NCBI GenBank assembly: GCA_918797485.1
Contig: CAKKNE010000003.1
Coordinates: forward strand, 3,472,001 to 3,536,000
Source: Pelagomonas calceolata
Taxonomy: Eukaryota
Direction: 5' to 3'
DNA: 64,000 nt
This document shows positions 50,972-61,030 of this stretch, piece by piece. Within the stretch, counting starts at the first letter, position 1. Every line of letters begins with the position of its first letter. Position numbers and translations under genes: made by a program. The notes under the pieces are model-generated. The model saw only the letters and a list, made by a program, of their open reading frames with translations, did no database searches and had not been told where the DNA came from.

Positions 50972-53900
50972 ATGTTCTCGAGCAAGAAGAAGCGCCCGAA
51001 ACGGCGGGACCCGCCGGACGCCGCGCTCCTATCTTCATTGAGTGTTTTATATGCTTTTATCGACGAGCACAAAGTGCCTTGGTTGTATCGCGACTGCGCG
51101 GACGACAGATGTAAAAATAAAATTCTTAAGGCCCTAGCTAAAAACACGCTAGCCAAGGACCTCGAAGAGCGAAAGGTCGTCCTCGAGGCCAAGGCCTGTG
51201 CCATGGCCGTCGTCGAGTGCTTGCGGAGTCGGGCGCCCCTCACGTCGTATGGACTTTACGACTCGTTTCTCGAAGCGAAGACACCATCAAATATCCAGTC
51301 CTTGATCTTCGATAAATTAGATAAAACAGCACAAAGGGGTCTGGGCGACTTGTGTGCGCACCTGTCGAAGGTCTGGGATCGCACGGGTACGACCGGACTC
51401 ACACTGCAGCAATTGGCGCACGTGCTCGCACCCGTACTCTTAAGGAGAGACGAGCAGAAACCGGAGCGGACCGAAGCCATTAAAAGACAGAAGTGCGCGG
51501 CGCAGCTGTTGACACTACCGTGGGCGTCGCCCAAAAAACGGGACATTGTCACCCGGGCGCGGGGCCACTGGTCGACGGTGAAAGCTGCTAGAAGAGCCGC
51601 GTCTAATTCCAACCCCGTCGCGCGACGGTCCCTCAAGGTGACGTGGAAGAAGGGCCAGGGGCCTTCTACCGATGCTCTACTCGCGAGTGCGTTCGCGCAA
51701 TTTGGACGGGTGTCCCGAGCTGGTAGAAGCGCCCGCAACTCCGGCGTCGTCATGTTTGATGATAGTCAAAATCGAGATGCCGCTTTCAAGGGATACGAGG
51801 GGCCCTGGACTTTACGGAAAGCCGACAGCCCCAAACCACAGAAGAGGCCGCCGCCGTCTCCCATCAAGGAAGAGGTGCTACCGGCGTCGCCGGCGGCCGC
51901 GGAGTTAAATGCGAGGGCGAAGCAGGCGCCTGTCCAGTGGCCGGCGCCGCGGCGGTTCTCTGATGACGACATCGTGCCCGCTCCGGCGCCGGCGCCCGCC
52001 GCGGCCGCGGCGGCGCGGTCCGCCGTCGCGGCCATCGCGGCGGCCGCGGCGGCCGCGCCGGCGCCGAGCGCGCCGCCGGCGGAACCGGACGCGCCGCCGT
52101 CCCGCGCCGAGGCGCCGGCCGCGCGCGCGACGAAGGCGGCGGCGCGCGCGGCGCGGGCCCTGGACGCGACGGCGCCCGCGAAGGCGCCGGCCGCCGCGCC
52201 GGCCCCGGCAAAGGCGCGGGTCCCGCCCATCGGAGGCGCGGAAGCCGCCGCGCCGGCGCCGGCCGCGCCGCCGGCCCCCGCGCCCGCGAAGGCGCCGGCC
52301 GCGGCGCCCCCGCAGCAGGCGGCCGTCGACCGCGCGGTCCGGGCCCCGGTCGAGCCGCCGGAGCCAGCGCCGGCCACGCCCGCGAAACCGCCACCCCAGC
52401 TCCCGCCGCGGTCGCGCGCGCACATGACGCCGCGCACCGTCGACCGCAAAAAACAAAGCGCGAAAGCCGACGTGGAAGCGAGGACCCTGAAGGTCTCGTG
52501 GCCCGACTTCGCGCCGCGACCGAGTGATGATGATCTGAAAAGAACCTTCTCCGAGTTCGGTAATGTCGTGCACTGCGGCGTCGGCACCAAAAAAAAGTCG
52601 GGGTTGGTTGTGTTCGGCAAGGCGGAGGATTGCGCCGCGGCGGCGCGGGGCTACCGGGGCCCGATGGTCGTCCAGCGCCTCGGCGACGTAGATCCTGCAA
52701 AGACGACGCCGCCGCGCTCTCAATCGCCGCGTCCCACGACGCCCGCTCATAGTTATGACCCGGCGCGCTTGCTAAAAGTGTCGTGGCCGAAGGATAGCGA
52801 GCGGCCGACGGAGCGGGAGCTGCGCGCCTCGTTCGAGGCCATCGCGCCGGTGACGAACGTCGGCCTGGGCGGCGGAAACGCTGCCTTAGTAGTCTTCGCG
52901 GACGCCGACGGCATGAACAAGGCCGGATCAAGCTACGACGGGCCCTGGCGCGTGGCGCCGGCGCGGAGCGCGTCGCCGCGGCCGCCTATGATGAAACCGA
53001 TGGGCCGCGAGGTCGCCGTGGCGCAAAGCGCGCCCGCAAAAGGGCCCGGGCGCGCGCCGCCGCCCATGCAACCACCGATGGGCCGCGAGGTCGCCGTCCA
53101 CAACAGCGCGCCCGCCGCGGACGACGCGGCGAAGGCGGCGAAGCACCGGCGCCGCGCGGCGAAGGCGCGCGCGGCGGCCGACGCGGGACCGCCGCCGCGC
53201 GCCGACGCCGAGGCGGAGCGCGCGCGCGCCCTGCACGATAAACTAGAACGCCAGGCCCGCTCGGACGAGGCGGCGCGGCTCGCCGCGCCGCCGCCGCGCC
53301 CCAGCCCGGTCTACGAGCGCGTGGCCTCGAAGCTCAGCGCGACGCGCCGCGACCAGGACGCCGCCCTCGAGAAAGAGGCCGCCATGTGGCGCGAGCGCGC
53401 GCTGCGGGCCGAGGCCGCGATGTCGAAGCCGCCGCCGGAGTCGCCGGCCGTCGCGACGATGTTCCAACAGCACGCGGCGAGTCTTCGCGAGGAAGTCAAG
53501 GCCACGATCGAGGCGGCTCTTAAAGAGGACCGGCCCGCGGCCACACCTATCAAAGACGACCGGCCCCCGCCCCTCGAGGCGGCACCGCCGTCGCCGCCGT
53601 CGCCGCCGTCGCTCGAAGGGGCCGACGACGCGCCGCCCGCGCCCCTGTCGCCCTGGCGCCAGGCCGCGCAAGAGGCGCGGGAGGACCTCGCGGTCTCTAC
53701 GGAGAAGACCTCCGAGGCCGACGACGCCTTCGCGAAACTAATGGCGAAGCAGCACGCGCTGGCCGCGAAGCTCGAGGGCGACCTGGAGCGCATCCGGGAG
53801 GGCATGGACGAGTTCACGCCCCCGTCGACGGCGCGGGCCCTCGTGCCCCAGACGTTCGACCTTCTTCCGGCGCGGCCGCCGCCGCCTATATACGGCTACG

Positions 53901-54004
53901 CGCGCCCTTCGTCCATACGCCACCTCGAGCCGGCCTTCCGGCCGACGAACCCGGCCCTGCGGGAGTGGTGGGCGGGCGTGACGCGAAGTTCGAGGGCCTA
54001 CTAA
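50972..54004 (+). CDS. RhoGAP-like domain + three RRM-like repeats + Pro/Ala-rich and coiled-coil regions
   Basis: PLTSYGLYDSFL...LCAHLSKV...LTLQQLAHVLAPVLLR is RhoGAP-like. Three LKV(T/S)W...L...F...V...V.F repeats. Confidence 0.65.
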   Translation: MFSSKKKRPKRRDPPDAALLSSLSVLYAFIDEHKVPWLYRDCADDRCKNKILKALAKNTLAKDLEERKVVLEAKACAMAVVECLRSRAPLTSYGLYDSFLEAKTPSNIQSLIFDKLDKTAQRGLGDLCAHLSKVWDRTGTTGLTLQQLAHVLAPVLLRRDEQKPERTEAIKRQKCAAQLLTLPWASPKKRDIVTRARGHWSTVKAARRAASNSNPVARRSLKVTWKKGQGPSTDALLASAFAQFGRVSRAGRSARNSGVVMFDDSQNRDAAFKGYEGPWTLRKADSPKPQKRPPPSPIKEEVLPASPAAAELNARAKQAPVQWPAPRRFSDDDIVPAPAPAPAAAAAARSAVAAIAAAAAAAPAPSAPPAEPDAPPSRAEAPAARATKAAARAARALDATAPAKAPAAAPAPAKARVPPIGGAEAAAPAPAAPPAPAPAKAPAAAPPQQAAVDRAVRAPVEPPEPAPATPAKPPPQLPPRSRAHMTPRTVDRKKQSAKADVEARTLKVSWPDFAPRPSDDDLKRTFSEFGNVVHCGVGTKKKSGLVVFGKAEDCAAAARGYRGPMVVQRLGDVDPAKTTPPRSQSPRPTTPAHSYDPARLLKVSWPKDSERPTERELRASFEAIAPVTNVGLGGGNAALVVFADADGMNKAGSSYDGPWRVAPARSASPRPPMMKPMGREVAVAQSAPAKGPGRAPPPMQPPMGREVAVHNSAPAADDAAKAAKHRRRAAKARAAADAGPPPRADAEAERARALHDKLERQARSDEAARLAAPPPRPSPVYERVASKLSATRRDQDAALEKEAAMWRERALRAEAAMSKPPPESPAVATMFQQHAASLREEVKATIEAALKEDRPAATPIKDDRPPPLEAAPPSPPSPPSLEGADDAPPAPLSPWRQAAQEAREDLAVSTEKTSEADDAFAKLMAKQHALAAKLEGDLERIREGMDEFTPPSTARALVPQTFDLLPARPPPPIYGYARPSSIRHLEPAFRPTNPALREWWAGVTRSSRAY

Positions 54005-54362
54005 ATTCATCCACTACTATCACACTTTTCGTACTTTCCGACTTACGCGTATCGGAAAGGGGGAGGGGGAACAGTCAAGGGGCTGGCGACGAAATATAGC
54101 CTCGGCGTCGGGCGTCGGCTCGTTGATCATTCGCCAGGTTTGCGCGCCGGCTGCGCACGAAGCGGCACCCCCGACGGGATGCCGCTTGGACCGCGACGCC
54201 GCCGCGCCTCAGGAGGCGCGACGCCGCCGCGGGGGCCCGCCGGACGTGAGGTCCGGCGGGCAGATTAGCCGAGCTCGAGCTCGGCGGCGCGCATTATATA
54301 TATATTATGGCGCGATGTATGATGAATATTGCTGCCACGGCGTGACAAGGGTCATCCTTTAT

Positions 54363-54902
54363 TTAAGCAAGTTCCATGTCGATCTTGACCCACCACACGC
54401 ACGACTGGTTCGTCTCCAGCCAGCCGTCTCCGCTCGGCCAATTTTCGAGGCTCCAGGACGCGGGCAGCCCGTAGGACGTGTCGCCCACCTGGATGGTGAC
54501 GCCAGCCACCTGCACCGCGTCATTCTGGTTATAGTAGAGCTCGATGTGCGTGAGCGGCAGTGTCGGGTCGAGAGGTCCCAGCGACTGCGAGGAGGTGATG
54601 CCCTTCGTTTGAACGTCGATCTCGTCCAGGTTCAGCCAACCGCTCGGGCCGGTCCAGCCGTCGTCTCGGTAGGTGGTGTCGCAGGTGCCCGTGTAGGCGG
54701 GCACCGAGACCGTGGGGCTCAAAGGGATTGGTGTGGCGCCGCTCCAGAGCTTCACGTAGAGGTCGCCGTTGCCACCCTGGCCTTCGGCGTTAGTTTTCGT
54801 GCCCACGGTGAAGGTGAGGCTGCTCTCGACTTCGGGCACGTAGGGCGCCATCGCGAGGGCGGACGGCGCGGCGGCGAGCGCGATGGCGATGAGGAGCTTC
54901 AT
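54363..54902 (-). CDS. Secreted beta-rich protein, PLAT/LH2-like
   Basis: Signal peptide MKLLIAIALAAAPSALA, then FTVGTKT...GGNGDLYVKLW, resembling the start of a PLAT domain. Confidence 0.6.
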   Translation of the reverse strand: MKLLIAIALAAAPSALAMAPYVPEVESSLTFTVGTKTNAEGQGGNGDLYVKLWSGATPIPLSPTVSVPAYTGTCDTTYRDDGWTGPSGWLNLDEIDVQTKGITSSQSLGPLDPTLPLTHIELYYNQNDAVQVAGVTIQVGDTSYGLPASWSLENWPSGDGWLETNQSCVWWVKIDMELA

Positions 54903-55381
54903 GTTGTTTTTTTAGGTCTACGCCTGCGTCGGCGTGACGGCGTCGACTCGGCGAGCACGGAAACGCTCAGAAACGCCACCCGACGACGCCCCAAATTTCG
55001 CTCTCTGACGGTCGCCTGGGCCGCTTGGGCCGCCCTCTGGTCGACGGCGCCGCGCCGCGTCCCAGCGGGGGCCCACCCTTGCCCAAGGTCTTTAGACTAG
55101 TGTTTTCGCGCCAGAACGCGGTCACGCGCGGCGCGGCGCGATTTTGCAGTGTAAGAGGACTTCAATAGTGTACGGCGGAAGTTACAGGTTGAGGACGCTG
55201 GCGGGTATACGAGTGTTTTCACTGCTGGTTTCGAGCTATCCCTAGTATCTCTATCCCTGCTTTCTAAAAACGATAGAACTCCCCGCAAAGCACGACCCTT
55301 AGGCGCCAAAGACCGGTCCCGGACCCAAAAAGAGGGGGGCCGCGCGCCCGCCCCGCGAACGAAAAAAGAGAGTCCCTACTA

Positions 55382-56848
55382 TCAGAGCTTAGACCCCTCG
55401 TGCGGCGCGCTGCGGATGATGGGCGCCCCGCCCGTGCCGATGTCGTCCAGCGTCTTCTTCTCCCGCTCTTGCTCGTCCCGGATCTCCTGCGCGTCGACCC
55501 ATTTCCTAGCGGCCAAGCCGACGTCCGCACCCTCCGGTACGGCTTCGAAAAGCTCCTGGGCCGCCGCGATCAAGTCAGCTTTTTCGAGCACCGCGGAACG
55601 CTTCTCGACGAAGTCCTTGGAGGCCTCCTCCCAGCCTTCAAACACCACAAACCCCTGATGGGCCTCCGTAAAGTCAGCCAACAACTGGTCGTAGATCTGG
55701 GCCGCCTCGAAGGACTCGCGGATCGCATGTTTGGCCTTCAAGGCATCGACGGGCACCGGTTTCCCGGGCTTGAAGGGCAGGGCCTTCTTCGCGAAGCCCT
55801 CAGCCTTCTTCGCGCGCTTCGACGCGTTTTTCGCGTCTTTGCAGGCCTTCTTGTGGAGCTTCTCCTCGAGCAGGCGCTGCACTTCTCGCCCGTCGGACCA
55901 GCCGTTCTCGAGGTTCTTGGGGTCCGGCTTGGGCAGGAGCATCACGACCTCCAGTTTCGGCAGGGGCCGGCACTCCTCGGCCGCTTTCCGGACCCAGCGC
56001 ATGCCCTTCGGCGTCGTCGGCTGCTTGTCCTTGTTCCATCCTGATAACGCTAATACAGCCACCGTCGCGCCTTTGATGTCATTCGATAACACCTCCGGTC
56101 CGCCCAGTTCGTTCAGGAACTCCTGGTCGGGCAGGCCCTTGCCCGGGGGAGGGAAGGCCTTCTTCAGAATACCTCCAGGAACTTTCACGGGATCGAGCGT
56201 TTCCGCCGCCTTGGGGTACGTCTTCTGGACGACGTCGACGACGCGCGCGTCCCAGCCCTTCGTTACTGCTAATTCTAACGGTAACTGGCCGCAGGGGTGC
56301 GGCGAGCCTTCGAGCACGCGCTGCTCACATGCTCCCGGATAGGCTTTACATAGAGCTTTGACCAGCGGCTCCGCGAGCGGCCACCACCAGCCCGGGTACT
56401 TCGGGCCAAGTAATAAAACGCAGTGCAGGGGCAGCCACTTCGAACCCCTCCCGCTCCCGGGCATGGGCTGTCTTGCGAGTTTCGGATTGGCCTTGAGGGC
56501 AGCTAAAGCTTGCGGGAAGCCCCGCCTCGCCTCCAACGGTGTGAGGTAGCGATAAATATCCGCGGGTTTCTCCTCCAGGGCCTCCGCCTGCTCCGCCGCT
56601 CGCTCGATCAACTTGGACTGGACCGCGTCCCGGAACTTGTCCAGATCCAAAGCGATGATCGCGTCCGGAGTGTCAGCGGTAAACGCTCCTTTGTCCTGGA
56701 GGTAGTCCAATGGCAACGGGAGGCGCATGTCCTCGCCCGTCGCAATCACTTTGGCCGCCGTGAGGACGCCCTCGGCGCTCAAATGCGTCAACAGGTCGTC
56801 GAGCGAGTACTGCCCGGGGCCGGCCGAGGCGGACGAGCCGGCGCCCAT
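55382..56848 (-). CDS. Hypothetical protein with N-myristoylation-type start and degenerate ankyrin-like repeats
   Basis: MGAGSSAS start; WLPLHCVL...LCKAYP and GQLPLELAV...KTYP repeats. Confidence 0.65.
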   Translation of the reverse strand: MGAGSSASAGPGQYSLDDLLTHLSAEGVLTAAKVIATGEDMRLPLPLDYLQDKGAFTADTPDAIIALDLDKFRDAVQSKLIERAAEQAEALEEKPADIYRYLTPLEARRGFPQALAALKANPKLARQPMPGSGRGSKWLPLHCVLLLGPKYPGWWWPLAEPLVKALCKAYPGACEQRVLEGSPHPCGQLPLELAVTKGWDARVVDVVQKTYPKAAETLDPVKVPGGILKKAFPPPGKGLPDQEFLNELGGPEVLSNDIKGATVAVLALSGWNKDKQPTTPKGMRWVRKAAEECRPLPKLEVVMLLPKPDPKNLENGWSDGREVQRLLEEKLHKKACKDAKNASKRAKKAEGFAKKALPFKPGKPVPVDALKAKHAIRESFEAAQIYDQLLADFTEAHQGFVVFEGWEEASKDFVEKRSAVLEKADLIAAAQELFEAVPEGADVGLAARKWVDAQEIRDEQEREKKTLDDIGTGGAPIIRSAPHEGSKL

Positions 56849-57381
56849 CCTTCGTCTCGCGGCGGCGGCGTCGGGTGCGGCTATGCGCGCGACGCCGACG
56901 CGTGCCAGGCGTCCTCGCGCGGCGCTTCCTCGGCGGCGTCCGGAGGCGCGGGCCTGGGGGAGCTGGCGCTGTGCCCGGGTCACACGGCGAGACCGCGGTC
57001 GCGCGCTGCTGTGTCACGGGGCCTCGCCGCGCGGAGGCGAGAAACGCGGCGGGGCTGCCTCGCGGGCGGCGGGCGTCCCGCGCTTTTGAGTCGGGAGACG
57101 GCGCTGCGCTCTCGCAAGCAGCGCGGGGCGCTCGTGCGAGGCGAGTCCTCGCGCCCCGCCGTAGCCGTCTAACCGTCGGAGGGACGTCTGTGTCGAAGCT
57201 GAAAAACCCGACACTGTGAGACTTGGGTGTTGCTGTCGAGAGTCACTGTGCCGCGCAGCTGGCGTAACGCTGCGCAAAATAGCCTATTTGCATTGATTCG
57301 TTGCCCTAAAACGCCATCGAACCGATTGCAGCAGTTGGCATAGCCGTGCGTGCAGCAAAACTGCAACACAGCGAGTCAGCC

Positions 57382-59721
57382 ATGCGGCTCCTCCTGCTGC
57401 TCGCGGCCAGCCAGGCCCTGCAGCCGCGGCGCCACACCAGACCGCGGACGCGACTCCAAGTAGCAGTCTTGCCCGACGCGCCCCATTCAATAGAAATACC
57501 GATCGGCGACGGCGCGCCGTTGATCCTCGAGACGGGCCGAATAGGCCGCCAGGCCGACGCGGCGGTCGTCGCCAAGCGCGGCGGCACTACGGTTTATGCG
57601 ACGCTATGCGTCGGCGACGCCGACGCTGGAGGGGGTGATTTCTTACCTATGAGTATAGACTACCAGGAACGCTACTCCGCCACCGGCCGCACGTCCGGCG
57701 CCTACAATAAAAGAGATGGCCGCGCGTCGGACGGCGAGATTTTAACTTGCAGACTCATCGACCGGCCCTTGAGGCCGTCCGTCGTCGACGGGTTCTGCGG
57801 CGACGTCCAGGTGCTTGCTTGGGTTTTGAGTTATGATGGTATCCATGAGGCGCAGACGCTGGCGGTGCAGGCCTGCTCCGCGGCGTTGCAGCTGTCGTCG
57901 GTGCCGACGCTGACGTCCGTGGGCTGTGCGCGATGTACTCTAAGCGACGACACATTGACGACGTCGCCCTCGGTCACGGAAGCAGCTTCATCAACTTTCG
58001 ACATCATCGTCGGCGCCGGTTCTGATGGGAGTGTGCTGATGGTCGAGGCCGAGGGGTCGTTCGCGCCGGAAGCCCAGGCTCTCGCAGCGCTGAACGAGGC
58101 CGTCGACGAAGCGCAGCGCATCGGTCATGCCATCGGTGCGTGGGCCTCTGCCCTGAAGAAAGACGTGAGTGACGGCCTGAGGCCCTACCCTAGCGAGCTC
58201 GAGTCGATCGTCGAAGATGCGTATGGCGATGCCATCCGCGAACAGACGAAGGCCCTGAGACAAGGCGACATGGCGTCCTCTCGCAAGGCTTACGGTGATT
58301 TATGTCAGAAGGTCGATGGGTTGAGCCTAGAGAAGGACTATACGAGGGCCGATAGCTCGAGGGTCCTCAAGAAACTCTCGTCAAGAGCCATGTGTGCGCT
58401 CGTACGATCTGAAGGATTGAGGAGTGACGGGCGAGATCTAACGACGGTGAGACCGATCGACATCGACATGGCCCCCCTACCCACGGCCCACGGGTCCGTC
58501 GTGTTTACGAGGGGAGAAACGCAATCGTTGGCCACGTGCACGCTCGGCGACCAGTCGATGCAGCTCCGCGTCGACGATGCCTTGGAACCGAATACGGAGA
58601 AAAGATTTTATCTGCAGTACGCGTTTCCCCCCAGCAGTGTGGGCGAGACGGGTCGCACGGGCGCGCCGGGTCGAAGAGAGGTCGGCCACGGTGCCCTCGC
58701 CGAAAAGGCTTTGAGATATGCTTTACCCGACGCAAAGACCTTCCCCTATAGTATGCGCGTCGAGTCGCTCATCACGGAGTCGTGTGGCAGTTCGTCGATG
58801 GCGTCGGTCTGTGGCGGCTGCCTCGCGTTGTTGGATGCCGGTGTGCCGCTCACGACCTCGGTGGCCGGCGTCGCGATGGGCGTTTTGTTGGACGATGTGG
58901 ACGATCCGGTGGTTTTGACGGACATCCTCGGGATAGAGGACGCCCTAGGAGGCATGGACTTCAAGGTAGCTGGTTCAAGGGACGGCATCTCGGCCTTCCA
59001 GCTCGACGTCAAGGAGCTCGGGCTCAAGGCGGCGACGCTCGAGAAGGCGCTCGCGCAGGCGCGCGAGGCGCGGCTCCACGTCCTGGACGAGATGGCGTCT
59101 CGGGGCGTCGATGAGCCGCAGGCGTTGTCAGATAGCGTCCCCAAGACGAAGACCTTGCAAGTCGAGCCCGCCAAGATCGGGAAGATCATCGGCAAGGGCG
59201 GCGAGACCATTAGAGGTTTAATTGCGGACGACGGTGCATGAATCAACTTGTCGCGCCGCGTCTCCACCACGCCATCGATGTGCGCGCAGGCGGACTACTG
59301 TTTGGCCAACGTTGATGTTGATGACGAGGGTGCCGTCATGATTAGCGGGAACGACCCGGAGCAGATGGAGGCGTGCGCCGCCAAGATCGTGGAGCTCACG
59401 TCCGAGGCGACGGGTGGGGGCGGCCGGAAACAGCGCGCGGCCTACGACGGGCCCATGCCCGAGGTCGGGAGCGTCTACGCCTCCGAGGTCGTGTCCATCA
59501 AGACCTTCGGCGCCTTCGTTTCCTTTGGAGAGGCCTTTCCGGGCCTGGAAGGGCTCTGCCACATCTCGGAGCTCGCGCCGGACCGGGTCCGGAACATCGA
59601 GAAGTTCATCAGTGTCGGCGACGCCTTCGACGTGAAGGTCCTGGCCATCGACGAGGACTCGGGCAAGCTCAAATTGTCAAGGAAGGCGGCGCTCGCGGAC
59701 AAGGTCCGAGACAGTCGGTAA
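57382..59721 (+). CDS. pnp: Polyribonucleotide nucleotidyltransferase (PNPase), plastid-type; intron ~59224-59289
   Basis: ETGRIGRQA, CRLIDRPLRP, FTRGETQ, RREVGHG and GMDFKVAG motifs, KH domain (IGKIIGKGG) and S1 domain (GLCHISEL) in exon 2. Confidence 0.95.
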
Positions 59722-59924
59722 TTTCTAGTGGAACTTGGCTCCGCCCCCCGGGGTCGCGTCGGTGTGGTCACACGTCTCCGAGGGACGCCCCGCGAAGTAT
59801 TCCCAGTCCCTCTCTGCGCGATCTGCGCGCGGGTGCAAGCAGCAAGGTTCCAAAAGTTCCTCATAGCTCGACGCTGGGGCTGCCCTGCTCCTCCGCCGGA
59901 CGCTCGGACGCAGGACGCACCATC

Positions 59925-60956
59925 ATGCCCATGAGGCAGGCCGCCCTCCTAACGGCGCTCGCCGCGGCCGGCCAGGCGGCCTTCGACGCCTGCGGCGAGC
60001 CCACCAAGGGCCCCGTGCTCGGCGGCATCGACGTCGTCGACGCCTGGGCCAAGGCGCTCAAGGCCCGCAACGCGACCGTATCAAATCAAGGCCCGCGCCT
60101 GCCGCACCTGGCCGAGGCGCCGCCGCTGCGCGGCTCCGCGGAGCACGCCTTCACGACCCCGGACGGCTTCGCCCTCCACTTCGCGACGGAGGCCAACCGG
60201 GACGCGTACGCGGCGGACCCGGCCAAGTACGCCCTGGGCGCGGGCGGCTACTGCGGCCTGGGGGCCTCGGGCCGCGACCCGCGCTGCGCTAATGGAGACC
60301 ACTGCCGCGGCCCGGCCTGCGGCACTTCTCCTCTAACTTTCCAGGTCTCGGGCGTCGACGGCAAGCTCTACTTCTTCCTGGGCGCCGGCGCGCGCCAGAT
60401 CTTCAACGAGGACGAGGAGGCCTCGGTCGCGGGCGCGGCGGCGAAAGTTGTGGAGGTCGAGGCGGCGACGGGCCGCGCCTGCTTCAACACCGATTTACTA
60501 GGCTGCCGGACGCCCGGTTCGGGGATCTCCTGGTCCGGGGGCGGCAACGCGACGCGCGCGGGCGCCTGGCGCCAGCGCCTCAATCAAGGGTTTTTGGGTC
60601 CCGGCGGCATGGCCGGCCAGCGCGGCCCGGCGCCGGGCGGCCCGCAGCGCCCCGGGATGACGATGGGCGACGGCCAGCACCCGGCCGGCGGGCAGCGGCC
60701 CGGGATGACGGGCCAGCAGCGCCCCGACGGCCAGCAGCGCCCGGGCGGCGCCGCGGGCGGCCAGCAGCGCCCCGACGGCCAGCGCGGCCCCGGGGCGACG
60801 CGGGGCGACGGCCAACGTCCGGGTGGCCCGAACGGCGGCCAGCGGCCCGGCCAGCGCGGCGGCGGCGGCGACGGCGGCGACGGCGCCCGCCAGCCGGCGC
60901 CGAAGCGCAAGAAGACCGCCTGGGAGTCGGTCAAGGCGTGGATCTGGGGCGCCTAG
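59925..60956 (+). CDS. Secreted YHS-domain protein with Gly/Gln/Arg/Pro-repeat tail
   Basis: Signal peptide; GGIDVV...FATEANRDAYAADPAKY...GGYC...VDGKLYFF; (G)QQRP(G/D) repeats. Confidence 0.75.
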   Translation: MPMRQAALLTALAAAGQAAFDACGEPTKGPVLGGIDVVDAWAKALKARNATVSNQGPRLPHLAEAPPLRGSAEHAFTTPDGFALHFATEANRDAYAADPAKYALGAGGYCGLGASGRDPRCANGDHCRGPACGTSPLTFQVSGVDGKLYFFLGAGARQIFNEDEEASVAGAAAKVVEVEAATGRACFNTDLLGCRTPGSGISWSGGGNATRAGAWRQRLNQGFLGPGGMAGQRGPAPGGPQRPGMTMGDGQHPAGGQRPGMTGQQRPDGQQRPGGAAGGQQRPDGQRGPGATRGDGQRPGGPNGGQRPGQRGGGGDGGDGARQPAPKRKKTAWESVKAWIWGA

Positions 60957-61030
60957 GCGCCCGAATAAGCCCCGTGTCCTACTGCTAATTAGGTTTACTT
61001 CGGGGGCGGGGAGGGGAAGGGTGGTCGGAA

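Noticed and set aside
54268..54312. GCCGAGCTCGAGCTCGGC palindrome and TA run
   Set aside because: A single short instance with no supporting context.
59373..59924. N-terminal extension of the 527-aa ORF
   Set aside because: It overlaps PNPase exon 2 in another frame; the signal-peptide start at 59925/59931 is more plausible.
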